DNA from: Methanomassiliicoccaceae archaeon
Lineage (GTDB): Archaea; Thermoplasmatota; Thermoplasmata; Methanomassiliicoccales; Methanomassiliicoccaceae
Length of the DNA: 64,000 nucleotides
NCBI GenBank assembly: GCA_963728405.1
Contig: CAVSJV010000003.1
Coordinates: forward strand, 192,001-256,000
Direction: 5' to 3'
Shown here: positions 10,550 to 19,422 of the stretch, piece after piece
Position numbering within the stretch: position 1 is the stretch's first letter
Layout of the letters: each line of letters begins with the position of its first letter
Program-made: the position numbers and the translations under genes
The notes under the pieces: generated by a model
What the model was told of the DNA's origin: nothing
Database searches by the model: none
What the model saw: only the letters and a program-made list of their open reading frames with translations

Positions 10550-11533
10550 ATGGAAGAGCCCGATAGCGAGACCATCTGGTGGCGATGTGCCTATTATGCC
10601 TATCTTGATAGTTGGAAGCGGGCCGACCTCGCCGATGAGGATGAGGCCAGGGAACGGGCCATCGACACCTTACAGGATACCGTTGGCGGATTCTTGGAAG
10701 GCGCTCTTAACTTTGGCACCTTGAAATATCGAATGGACAACGTCTCGACGGAGAACGGTTCGACCTTTCCGCCAAGGGCGGTGTCCTCGGCCCTCAGCGA
10801 CCTGGCGCTGGGAGTCCCCATCGACGATCTGGAGCCGGCTCTGCGCCGCGCGGCCCGTCTCCCCGAGGGACCGGGGGAGGCCAAGGGAACGCTGATGGAC
10901 CTCGAGGATTTCATCGAGAGCGAGGTCTCCAGGGGGAACCTGAAGAGGGGGCAGGCCCTACCAGAGCGGTGGCCTGAACTGATGGCCTGCCTGTGGCATA
11001 TCCAGGAGCCGTCCGGCTGGCCGCTCATCAGCGCCCCGGCCTTGGACTACCTGAAAGGGAGAGGTGAGGTCGTACCGCTGGAACCAGCCCATGACTATGC
11101 GGAATACGCAGGGTTCATGAGACGGCTGTCCGAACTGACCGGAGGCGACCTGATAGCGCTAGAGCACCTGCTCTCCAGTCTGGGGGAGGACGAGGTGGTG
11201 GTTCCGGACGCCGAGGAGTGCTTCCGACGGAGTTTGGAGAGGGCCAAGGAGCTGGAGGACGAGGGAGCGGCCGACCAGGCACTGGCGATGTACGAACGGG
11301 CCCTCTCCCTCCGTCCTCGGACCCCGGACGCCCTCCGCCGTAAGGCCGATATCTATGAGGAGAAAGGGCTCACCATGGCCGCCATCGGGGAGATGGAAGC
11401 GCTGGTGGAGATTGAGCCCCGGGACCTGTCGGCCCACCGTAGGCTCATAGTGCTCTACAAGGCACAGAATATGGTCCGCGAGCACAATATCGAGGTGCGG
11501 CGGTTCAAGGCCCTCAGGGAAAAGAGGGAATGA
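10550..11533 (+). CDS. TPR-containing protein
   Basis: C-terminal ALAMYERALSLRP..ALRRKADIYE..AAIGEMEALVEIEP TPR pattern. Confidence 0.75.
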   Translation: MEEPDSETIWWRCAYYAYLDSWKRADLADEDEARERAIDTLQDTVGGFLEGALNFGTLKYRMDNVSTENGSTFPPRAVSSALSDLALGVPIDDLEPALRRAARLPEGPGEAKGTLMDLEDFIESEVSRGNLKRGQALPERWPELMACLWHIQEPSGWPLISAPALDYLKGRGEVVPLEPAHDYAEYAGFMRRLSELTGGDLIALEHLLSSLGEDEVVVPDAEECFRRSLERAKELEDEGAADQALAMYERALSLRPRTPDALRRKADIYEEKGLTMAAIGEMEALVEIEPRDLSAHRRLIVLYKAQNMVREHNIEVRRFKALREKRE

Positions 11534-11657
11534 GCGGGGACGCCGTCCTGATGACGGCCGTCCGCCCCCAGTGAATGACCCATCCTCGGAGATGTGCCAA
11601 AATGTTCGTCGCGCCCCCTGGATGGCCTAAAATATTCACCACTCCGATCAACGTCCG

Positions 11658-12452
11658 ATGCAAACTTCGACCCAGCTTACCTTCGGTTCCAGGGTCCGGT
11701 TGAACAGCGGTGCTTCCATGCCCGTCCTCGGCTTCGGCACTTGGCAGCTTCGAGGCCAACAGGCCAGGGTGGCCGTGGAGACGGCCATCGACATCGGATA
11801 TCGACTGGTCGATACCGCCAGCAGATATGATAACGAGATCGAGGTGGGCGAGGCGGTTCGAAGGAGCGGCGTCCCTCGCGAGGGACTTTTCATAACGTCC
11901 AAGCTATGGAGCCATGAGCATGGCCACGCTGAGGCCAAGGCGGCCTGCAGGCGGAGCTTGGAACGACTGGGTCTGGAGCATCTAGACCTGTACCTCATCC
12001 ACTGGCCTTCCGGAGGGAGGAACGTGGAGACCTGGCAGGCCCTTATCGAGCTGTTACAGGAAGGGCGGACCAGGGCCATCGGGGTGAGCAACTTCAGCAT
12101 GGAGGATATGGCTCCCTTGATCGCTGACACTGGTGTCGTCCCTTCGGTTGATCAGGTGGAGTTCAACCCATACCATCATGATGAACACCTCCTCGTCGAA
12201 TGCGCCAAGGCCGGCATCCAGGTGGAGGCGTACAGCCCCTTGAACGGCATGGACCTGAAGGACAGAACGGTCGCGGGATCGGCCCTTCGTCATCACCGCA
12301 GCCCGGCGCAGGTGGTGCTCCGGTGGTGTCTCCAGAAAGGTACGGTCGTTCTGACAAAATCATCCCATGCCGGACGGATCGCCGAGAACTCCCAGATCTT
12401 CGATTTTGAACTTGCATCGGACGAGATGGCAGAGCTGGATCATCTCCAATAG
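11658..12452 (+). CDS. Aldo/keto reductase
   Basis: GFGTWQ, DTASRY, DLYLIHWP, IGVSNF; paralog of the gene at 8027. Confidence 0.9.
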   Translation: MQTSTQLTFGSRVRLNSGASMPVLGFGTWQLRGQQARVAVETAIDIGYRLVDTASRYDNEIEVGEAVRRSGVPREGLFITSKLWSHEHGHAEAKAACRRSLERLGLEHLDLYLIHWPSGGRNVETWQALIELLQEGRTRAIGVSNFSMEDMAPLIADTGVVPSVDQVEFNPYHHDEHLLVECAKAGIQVEAYSPLNGMDLKDRTVAGSALRHHRSPAQVVLRWCLQKGTVVLTKSSHAGRIAENSQIFDFELASDEMAELDHLQ

Positions 12453-12509
12453 GCGCCGGTCGCGTGATCGGCCCCTCTTGCGCTTTCCGTAAATCTTAAT
12501 CGATGGATC

Positions 12510-12665
12510 GGGATGCCTCGCTGCCCCACAGCGTCACCACGGTGGTGGGAGCCTCCTGCTGGGCATGGCATGTTCGACATCCCGTTCTTCCTGGCCACGG
12601 GGCCCTATGTCATCGCCATCGCCTTGTTCTACGCCAACTTCAGGGGTGTTGAGCCCAAGGAATGA
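12510..12665 (+). pseudogene. 3' remnant of an MFS transporter
   Basis: Frameshifted fragments LPHSVTTVVG, FDIPFFLATG, YVIAIALFYANFRGVEPKE* resemble the last two MFS helices. Confidence 0.45.
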
Positions 12666-12719
12666 GCGGGCCAAACCCTATAATCTCCCAGACCCAATAA
12701 CTTGATACTTGGTGAACAG

Positions 12720-13160
12720 ATGATGGGGCAACGGGACGACCGAGTGAGAGGGCTGCAGTGGAGAGCGGTACTGTCCATCGTCGCAGTGTTCGGATGGCTC
12801 ATCTTCGTGGTGCTGTGGCTGTTCTTCATCACATCTCAGCTGGGGGACGCCCAGAACCTCGCCGTGTTGCTCATCTCGCTCCTGCTCCTCATCGCCCTGT
12901 TGGCAGTGACCTGGGTTACCTGGGGCCTCAAGCACCCGCCCCTCTACCCCCAGCCTACCGCCTATGGGCAGTATTATCAAAGACCTCGCTGGAAGGTCGC
13001 TTTGGGGGGAGCGACCGTGATCGCATGGGCCGCCTTCATCGTGGTCTGGCTGTTCTTCTACGCCAGCGAATTCACCCTGTATCAGAATCTGGGAGCCGTC
13101 CTGGCCTCTCTGCTGGTAGTAGGTGGCATCAACTGGGCCATCAGCCTCTTTGGACGGTAG
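12720..13160 (+). CDS. Four-TM membrane protein with internal two-helix repeat
   Basis: Two copies of WLxFxVxWLFF..QNL; paralog of 18589-19042. Confidence 0.75.
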   Translation: MMGQRDDRVRGLQWRAVLSIVAVFGWLIFVVLWLFFITSQLGDAQNLAVLLISLLLLIALLAVTWVTWGLKHPPLYPQPTAYGQYYQRPRWKVALGGATVIAWAAFIVVWLFFYASEFTLYQNLGAVLASLLVVGGINWAISLFGR

Positions 13161-13612
13161 CGAGAGCGCATGGCATGATTCCCACCCTCTAGTTGCGGGC
13201 GGACCGAGACCTTATTAGACCTGGTTTTCGGACGGGGCTGCCCCTAGGCGCCATCGCCCTCTGAGCGATCGGCCGCAGGCGGTCTAGATGACGGTTTTCC
13301 GCGGTCTTTTCCGGTTCGCCTTCAGTTCTTCATCTCATAGAGGTTTGGATGACCAGCTCGTAGATCATGTCGGCTGTCCGCATTGAGGCCGTTGGAACGA
13401 CGGGGTTGAACATCGCACTCCTTCTACCGATCATCATCGAACCGTACCTCCTCAATATCCTGGCCTTCGATGTCCCGCTCAAGGATCCCCTGCTCCGATC
13501 GACGCTTGGATAGGGGCTGCTCTTCCTTCGAACATTAGCCCCGTCGTTCCACCCGATGTCTCGGTTCCTGGCACACCAGATATTATCTAGCAGACGCTCC
13601 CAATAATATGCG

Positions 13613-14102
13613 GTGATGGGAATGAAGGACCAGAGAGCCCCTTTTCGTTATGTGATGACCTGGAAGAAGGCCGAGAATGAGAGGATCGCCATCGAGGCGC
13701 GCTACCAGAACTTCCTGAAAGGGAGGGGGCGGGAGGAAGCCTTGGAGCTGGGGTGGGTGGAGGGCACCCGGTGCTCGCTGATGAGGAGGTTGGCCCGGAA
13801 CGGTAGAAAGACGATACCGCCACGGAGAGGGCGACGGCACGGTCAGCGTGGACCTGCCCTACGGCCCGGCCGGCGAGGACCTCGGACGGCGGATGGCCCT
13901 TATCGCCTCGGTACTTCGAGAGGCCCCCGTCAGCGCTGCACTGGACCGAGCCTATGACTATCTGGATGCCGCATCGTCGGTGGAGATCGACTTCTGGGCG
14001 AGCAAGCTTTTGGACCAGGAGGTTGGCCCCCAGAGGGTAGTGCCGGCGCTGCTGCTGGTCAGCCGGGCGATGAGGGTGCGGCCAGCAGAGCAGGAGCACT
14101 AG
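13613..14102 (+). CDS. Hypothetical protein, DUF7680/DUF3780-like (frameshift near 13810)
   Basis: ORFs 13613 and 13848 join; C-terminal LGRRMALIA..DYLDAASSVEIDFWASK. Confidence 0.45.
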
Positions 14103-14142
14103 GGCCGCATAGCATTATCAATGGCCGGTCGATTCCCTGGTC

Positions 14143-14742
14143 ATGAACGACCGCCAGTGGGCCGGCCTTGCCCTATTCATCGGGGGAGCCCAGTTCATGC
14201 TAGGGCTCCTGATTGCCGAGGCCTTGTATCCTGGGTATAGTGTCGCGCTCAATTTCATCAGCGACCTGGGGGTGGGCCCAGAACCGTCCCGGACGATCTT
14301 CAGCGTCTCGGTGTTCCTGTTCGGACTGTTCGGCCTGGCCGCCTCGATACTGCTGCTCAGGTCAAAGGGAGACCGGGTCGTTCCTTACATGCTACTGGCG
14401 TCAGGCCTGGGGGCCATGGGGGTTGGGCTCATCAATGAGCATATGGCCCCCTATCACACCATTATGGCGTTCCTTGCCTTCTTCATGGGGGGCCTGGCCG
14501 CCGTGTTCTCGTACCGTCTGGTGCGGTGGCCCCTGGGCCTCCTTTCAGCGACGCTCGGCCTCATCAGCCTGGCCGCGCTGGTCCTAACCGGGGCGGGCTT
14601 CGATCTCGGAATGGGCAAGGGAGGCATCGAACGGATGATACTCTATCCGTCGATGACCTGGTTGGTAGGGCTGGGGGCGGTCCTAGTGTCTCAGAACGGA
14701 GAGACTGGACCGCAGGATGGTCCTAACGGACCAGCTCGCTGA
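14143..14742 (+). CDS. DUF998 family membrane protein
   Basis: YPGYS..NFISDLGVG, GVG..E, H, GGIERM motifs. Confidence 0.85.
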   Translation: MNDRQWAGLALFIGGAQFMLGLLIAEALYPGYSVALNFISDLGVGPEPSRTIFSVSVFLFGLFGLAASILLLRSKGDRVVPYMLLASGLGAMGVGLINEHMAPYHTIMAFLAFFMGGLAAVFSYRLVRWPLGLLSATLGLISLAALVLTGAGFDLGMGKGGIERMILYPSMTWLVGLGAVLVSQNGETGPQDGPNGPAR

Positions 14743-16174
14743 TGTGCTGGGCCGGCCTCTTCCCCTTTCTCTTGCTCACGTAGATATTGCGTCCCTTCTT
14801 GTGCAGGGTGAAGACGTCGTTGAACTCTTCCAGGAACTCCCTCAGGCCGGCCTTGCCGTGGCTCTTGAAGTCGATCTGGGGATCGAGGTGCTTGACCTCC
14901 TTGCTGAGCTGGGGCAGGAACGCTAGGCCGTCGTCCTTGACCACGTTGTCGAAGGCCGAGGTGATCACCTTCAGCAGATCTATCTGACTGCGGACGGGCC
15001 CGCGGGCCTCGAGCGGTTCCGGTTCAGGTTCTGGCTCTCCCATCGGGGCCTCGACCGGGACAGGTTCCACAGGGGGAAGGACATCCTCGATCTCTTCCTC
15101 GGCCTTCTCGACCTTCTTCACCAGCATGCTCTTTCCTCGGCGGAGCAGCATGAAGTGGCCAGGCAGAGCTTCCAGCAGGTGGGAGATCTTCTCCTTTCCA
15201 AAGTTGGCGCTGTCGAAATTGGGGTCGATCCGTTTAGCGGCCTTGAACAGGCGGAAGGTGTCGGCGCTCCCATCGCTGTTCTTGTCCACCGCCTCGTAGG
15301 CCTGGAGCAGTAGCGGCAGGGCATCGTGGGCGGTGCGTCCGGTGGACACGACCTTGGCTAGTTCCTTCTCCAGGCAGGGAGGGCAGATAACCTCGGGAGG
15401 GGGGACCGGGCGGGAGCCATCCTTCTTTCGGATGTAGATCGCCCCGTTGCTGGCCCGCTCTACCTCGAACACATCATCCAGCTCGTCAATGAGATTGAGC
15501 AGCGAGGCCTTGCCGAAGGTCCTGGTGTCGAACGCCGGGTCCAGCCTGCGCAGCGCCGCGCCGATGTCGCCATTCAGCGCGCGGCCATCATCGTTCACGG
15601 CGTACTCGAACGCCCTGTTGAGTATGTCCGCCGCATCGCGGGGCGTTTTCCTGGGCCGGGCATGACCCTTGGGAGCGCGAGGGGCTTCCTTGTCCTCTTC
15701 CTCCTCGGCATCCTTTCCCAGATTCTCTGTGGACACGAACACGTCGCAAGCTCGGCGGAACGAGTCGTGGGTCTCCTTCTTCCCTATGCCAATGACGAAC
15801 AGCCCGTGCTCGCGTATCTTGATGGCTAGGGAGGTGTAATCGGAATCGCTCGACACGATCACGAAGCCCTTCACGATGCCATCATGGAGGATGTCCATGG
15901 CGTCGATGATGAGGGCGATGTCGGTGGCGTTCTTGGTTACATAACGATTGGAAATATTGGGGAACTGCTGGTAAGGCGAAAGCGCATATTCCTTGAGCTT
16001 TAACTTCCAGGAATTGACCTGTCCGCCGGCGGTCCAGTTGCCATAGACCCTGCGGATGATGACCGATCCGTACTTGGAGGCCTCTGCCAGCATCTCTTCT
16101 ATCATCGTGGCTGAGGCGTTATCTCCGTCGACCAGGAAGGCCAACTGCCTGTCCTCGATGCGCTTCTCGTCCAT
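14723..16174 (-). CDS. NYN (LabA/DUF88) ribonuclease with three OST-HTH/LOTUS domains
   Basis: LVDGDN, RRVYGNW, KNATDIALIIDAMD, VSSDSDY; three repeats of the DP.FD...FGK..L..L type. Confidence 0.9.
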   Translation of the reverse strand: MDEKRIEDRQLAFLVDGDNASATMIEEMLAEASKYGSVIIRRVYGNWTAGGQVNSWKLKLKEYALSPYQQFPNISNRYVTKNATDIALIIDAMDILHDGIVKGFVIVSSDSDYTSLAIKIREHGLFVIGIGKKETHDSFRRACDVFVSTENLGKDAEEEEDKEAPRAPKGHARPRKTPRDAADILNRAFEYAVNDDGRALNGDIGAALRRLDPAFDTRTFGKASLLNLIDELDDVFEVERASNGAIYIRKKDGSRPVPPPEVICPPCLEKELAKVVSTGRTAHDALPLLLQAYEAVDKNSDGSADTFRLFKAAKRIDPNFDSANFGKEKISHLLEALPGHFMLLRRGKSMLVKKVEKAEEEIEDVLPPVEPVPVEAPMGEPEPEPEPLEARGPVRSQIDLLKVITSAFDNVVKDDGLAFLPQLSKEVKHLDPQIDFKSHGKAGLREFLEEFNDVFTLHKKGRNIYVSKRKGKRPAQHISELVR

Positions 16175-16252
16175 AATTGAATGTCTCCGTTGTATCTATA
16201 ACGCCAGTATCGAGCAATTATTTAATAAGGCGGTTGAAAGCGGCGGCCTTCT

Positions 16253-16687
16253 TCACCACGGTCTGGCTCCCGTCTCGGCCACCCGGTCGTTGTACCGCCT
16301 GGCTATGCGATAGGCATCGTACACCTGCCATCCCCAGATCAACACCGCCGCCACCAGGGTGATGATGAGGATGTATAGCATGAGAAGGGAGATGGTGATG
16401 ATCAATATGGCCAGGCCCTGTGCGAACTTGCGTCCGTAGATATGTCCTAGGCCGGGGACGAGCAACGCCAGAATGACCGCCAGGGGGACGCTCTTGGGTT
16501 CCACCCTCGGCGGTTGCCAGGGTGGCGGAGCCGGATCTGGTATACGATAGGCCTCGGCCGGCTCTTCATCCACCCCGAATCCTTCATCGAACGGACGGTT
16601 GACTCTATCGGTCACCTTGCGGCCGCGCACTGCATGCTCAGTAGGGCTAATCACATTCTGGACCATGGTATGGCCTCCCATTTTCAT
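16253..16687 (-). CDS. TM2-like small membrane protein
   Basis: KSVPLAVILALLVPGLGHIY..W..QVYDAY..A..YN. Confidence 0.7.
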   Translation of the reverse strand: MKMGGHTMVQNVISPTEHAVRGRKVTDRVNRPFDEGFGVDEEPAEAYRIPDPAPPPWQPPRVEPKSVPLAVILALLVPGLGHIYGRKFAQGLAILIITISLLMLYILIITLVAAVLIWGWQVYDAYRIARRYNDRVAETGARPW

Positions 16688-16755
16688 GGTACCCAGACAG
16701 TACTTTAGGCTTTTTCATCCAAACTTCCTTTTCCACATCCTCCGTTCAAGGGACC

Positions 16756-16926
16756 ATGGACGAGCTCGATGTCCGTCTGTGCGGCCTGCTGAACCTGAAC
16801 TCCTGCGCCCCTTACCGGGAGCTCGCCGACAAGCTGGGACTAGGCCTGCAGGCGGTCCACCGCCCCATCTCCCCCCATGAGGTCAATGGCGCGATCGGGA
16901 GCACCGTGGGGCGATTCACCGAATAA
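16756..16926 (+). pseudogene. Truncated Lrp/AsnC-family regulator (HTH only)
   Basis: MDELDVRLCGLLNLNSCAPYRELADKLGLGLQAVHR, then degenerate sequence. Confidence 0.6.
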
Positions 16927-16958
16927 GATAGATATCCTGGCAGAGCATAGAACGACCC

Positions 16959-17855
16959 ATGGCCAAGCTTCGCTCACTATTGCTCCGTAACTACCGTCGG
17001 TTCGCCGGCGAAATCGAGCTACCGCTGGACCCGGGGATCAACCTTATCGCCATCCCGGCCGGCCTGGGCAAGACCAGCATATTGGAGGCTGTTTCGTGGT
17101 GCCTGTTGGGGACAGAACTGGTCTGCGAACCAGAGCAGGTGCCCAACATCGAGGCACTGGGCAAGGGAATGGCCGATGTACTGGTGGGCCTGGAGTTCGT
17201 AAACGGCGAACGGCTGGAGCGGTTCGCTCTGTTCTCCTACGTGTCAGGGGGGGTCGAGCGGGAGGCCTGGGGATGGAGGCTGGTGGACGCCGCCAGCGGC
17301 AAAGTGATCATCGAAGGGGACGACGGAGATGATTTCGCCGACCAGCAGGAGCGGTTGTTCCCGGAGACCTGCGTTCACGCCAACCTGATCAATGGTCCGG
17401 CCCTCCGGAGAGCGGCGGAGGGCTGCCGCAGTGGGGTGGAGAGGGCGGTGAACAGCAGCAACAACTGGTGCACCAGCGATCTGTCCCTTAGGTGCTCGAT
17501 GGAGGCCACTGGCCTGTTCCTCTCCCTGTGCCCGCAAGCCCCGGTGAACGCTCTGAGCTACGGTCCCGAGGGCCGCCTGGAGGTGTCGGTGCATGGTCCT
17601 CTGACCGAGACCGAGGTTCGGCTGGCACTATTGAGCCACGCCGTGGCCTTCGCCAAGGAGAGCGCTAAGGTCTGCCCAATCTTCCTGGACGACCCCTTCG
17701 GCCAGGCCGATGAGCTTGACCATGCCGCCCTATTCAAGAGGATCGTGGAGATGCTCCCCTCCAGGCAGGTGGTGTTCCTGCTTTCGGGCCAGAAGGACAT
17801 CGCCGACTTGAGGTCCACCGGCAGGGTGGACAAGGAGCTGGAGATACGCGGATAG
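16959..17855 (+). CDS. Rad50/SbcC-like ABC ATPase lacking a coiled coil
   Basis: LRNYRRF, PAGLGKTSILEAVSWCL (Walker A), IFLDDPFG (Walker B), QVVFL. Confidence 0.7.
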   Translation: MAKLRSLLLRNYRRFAGEIELPLDPGINLIAIPAGLGKTSILEAVSWCLLGTELVCEPEQVPNIEALGKGMADVLVGLEFVNGERLERFALFSYVSGGVEREAWGWRLVDAASGKVIIEGDDGDDFADQQERLFPETCVHANLINGPALRRAAEGCRSGVERAVNSSNNWCTSDLSLRCSMEATGLFLSLCPQAPVNALSYGPEGRLEVSVHGPLTETEVRLALLSHAVAFAKESAKVCPIFLDDPFGQADELDHAALFKRIVEMLPSRQVVFLLSGQKDIADLRSTGRVDKELEIRG

Positions 17856-17857
17856 GG

Positions 17858-18178
17858 TTGACACGCCCACCAATGAAGTCATGGAATCCAGAGGTCACCG
17901 TCGTTCCGAGCGTACTTCCTGAGGACCGGGTTCGCTGTCGCCGGGGGCAGACCTACATCTTTGGCATCCTTTGACAGTTATGCCGCCGGCCCGCTAAGCG
18001 AACTTCACCGCCCACCGGGCTTTCACTAACTCAGCACTGAAGTCTCGTCCGTGCTTGACCTTGAAGGTCAGGAGCGTCCACTTCCTCGATGGTCCGAGGC
18101 TATAAACGCATTACGGGAGGCCACTGAAAGTACTACTTATCGCAATTCATCCCACGATTCAAATCGTGGGCTTTCTTG
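17858..18178 (-). mobile_element. Non-autonomous, internally deleted IS200/IS605 (tnpB) element
   Basis: Left end CAAGAAAGCCCACGATTTGAATCGTGGGATGAATTGCG preceded by TTGAG; decayed TnpB N-terminus LLTFKVKHGRDFSAELVKAR; right end GTGGGCGTGTCAA. Confidence 0.75.
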
Positions 18179-18224
18179 CTCAAGGCCGTAAACTTCATCA
18201 CCTCTCCCGCTCAATGAAAGGGCC

Positions 18225-18548
18225 ATGAGCCCAGTGCAGACCATCCCTCCGAACGAGTTTGGCACTTTCAAAAAAGAGATCGAGGAGGGGAGATGCCTCC
18301 TTCTGGACGTCAGGGAGCCAAGAGAGTATGAGGCTGGCCACATCCCATCAGCGCAGACCCGACCCCTATCGCAGATGGCCCACTGGCCGAGCGAATTTGC
18401 CAAGGACCGGATGATCATTGTATATTGCCGCACCAGCAACCGCAGTCGGAGATGCGCCGAGCACCTGATGGCCCGAGGATTCCAGGACATGTACGTGCTA
18501 GAGGGGGGCTTCAGCGCCTGGTCCTTGGGCCGGCCCGGACCAAAATGA
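18225..18548 (+). CDS. Rhodanese domain protein
   Basis: LLDVREPREYEAGHIP, VYCRTSNRS, LEGGFSAW. Confidence 0.9.
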   Translation: MSPVQTIPPNEFGTFKKEIEEGRCLLLDVREPREYEAGHIPSAQTRPLSQMAHWPSEFAKDRMIIVYCRTSNRSRRCAEHLMARGFQDMYVLEGGFSAWSLGRPGPK

Positions 18549-18588
18549 ATAATAATATCTCCGCCCAACTCGATCTCGGATCGAGAAT

Positions 18589-19042
18589 ATGATGCCCGCG
18601 GCACCTAGGGAGATGCGGGGAATGGGATGGCGGATACCTGCCAGCATCCTCATCGCCGTAGGTTGGCTCGCGTTCATCGTGATCTGGCTGTTCTTCTTCG
18701 CTTCGGATTATAGCATCTACAAGAACCTGGCCATCCTGTTCGTATCGGCCCTCATCGGCATGGTCGTTCTAGTCGCCATGTGGATAGGTTTCGGGCTGCG
18801 CATGGGAATGATGTATGCCCCGGACCGCCGCGAATGGACCGACTACCGCAACAGTTCGGTGGAGGGGGGCGTTCAGCGTTCTGGTAGTGTTGGCCTGGTC
18901 GGCGTTCTTGCTCATATGGTTGTTCGTTTACGCCGACAGCCATACTGGCTATCAGAACATCGCAGTTATCTTTGTCTCCCTGCTCATCGCCGGAGGACTG
19001 TCCGCATCGATCTGGAGCAGATGGTGGCGCTACTATCGTTGA
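18589..19042 (+). CDS. Four-TM membrane protein with internal repeat (frameshift near 18850)
   Basis: WLAFIVIWLFFFASDYSIYKNLAI and WSAFLLIWLFVYADSHTGYQNIAV in adjacent frames. Confidence 0.7.
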
Positions 19043-19056
19043 TTCCACAATAATGG

Positions 19057-19422
19057 ATGGCACGTCATGAACAGGACAGTGCTGCTATAGTTTTTGAGAG
19101 TAGAAAGGCGATATTCTTATATCTTGGAATTATCGCCACATCATTGTTCCCTCGCAAATTCAGCATGATATGCATCGCCACGCTGATCGCGGTGGTCGTC
19201 CTGGCCATGGCCATGGTGGCGATGAGCCCACAAAGCGTCATCAATGACGCGCCTCAGAGCGCTAGCTCCGCCGCGGTCGACGGAAATGCCGCTGGAGAGC
19301 TAGGGATCATGCCCATAGGCCTGGGCCTGTCGCTCACCATCGTGGTCGATGTGGGCCTGATGACCCTGGGCCTGGTGATCCTGTTCAAGGAAGAGGCTCC
19401 CAGCCGCTACCGGGTGCGCTGA
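19057..19422 (+). CDS. Small two-TM hypothetical protein (true start probably downstream)
   Basis: Two hydrophobic segments; the 5' part of the ORF overlaps an AT-rich promoter-like stretch. Confidence 0.45.
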   Translation: MARHEQDSAAIVFESRKAIFLYLGIIATSLFPRKFSMICIATLIAVVVLAMAMVAMSPQSVINDAPQSASSAAVDGNAAGELGIMPIGLGLSLTIVVDVGLMTLGLVILFKEEAPSRYRVR

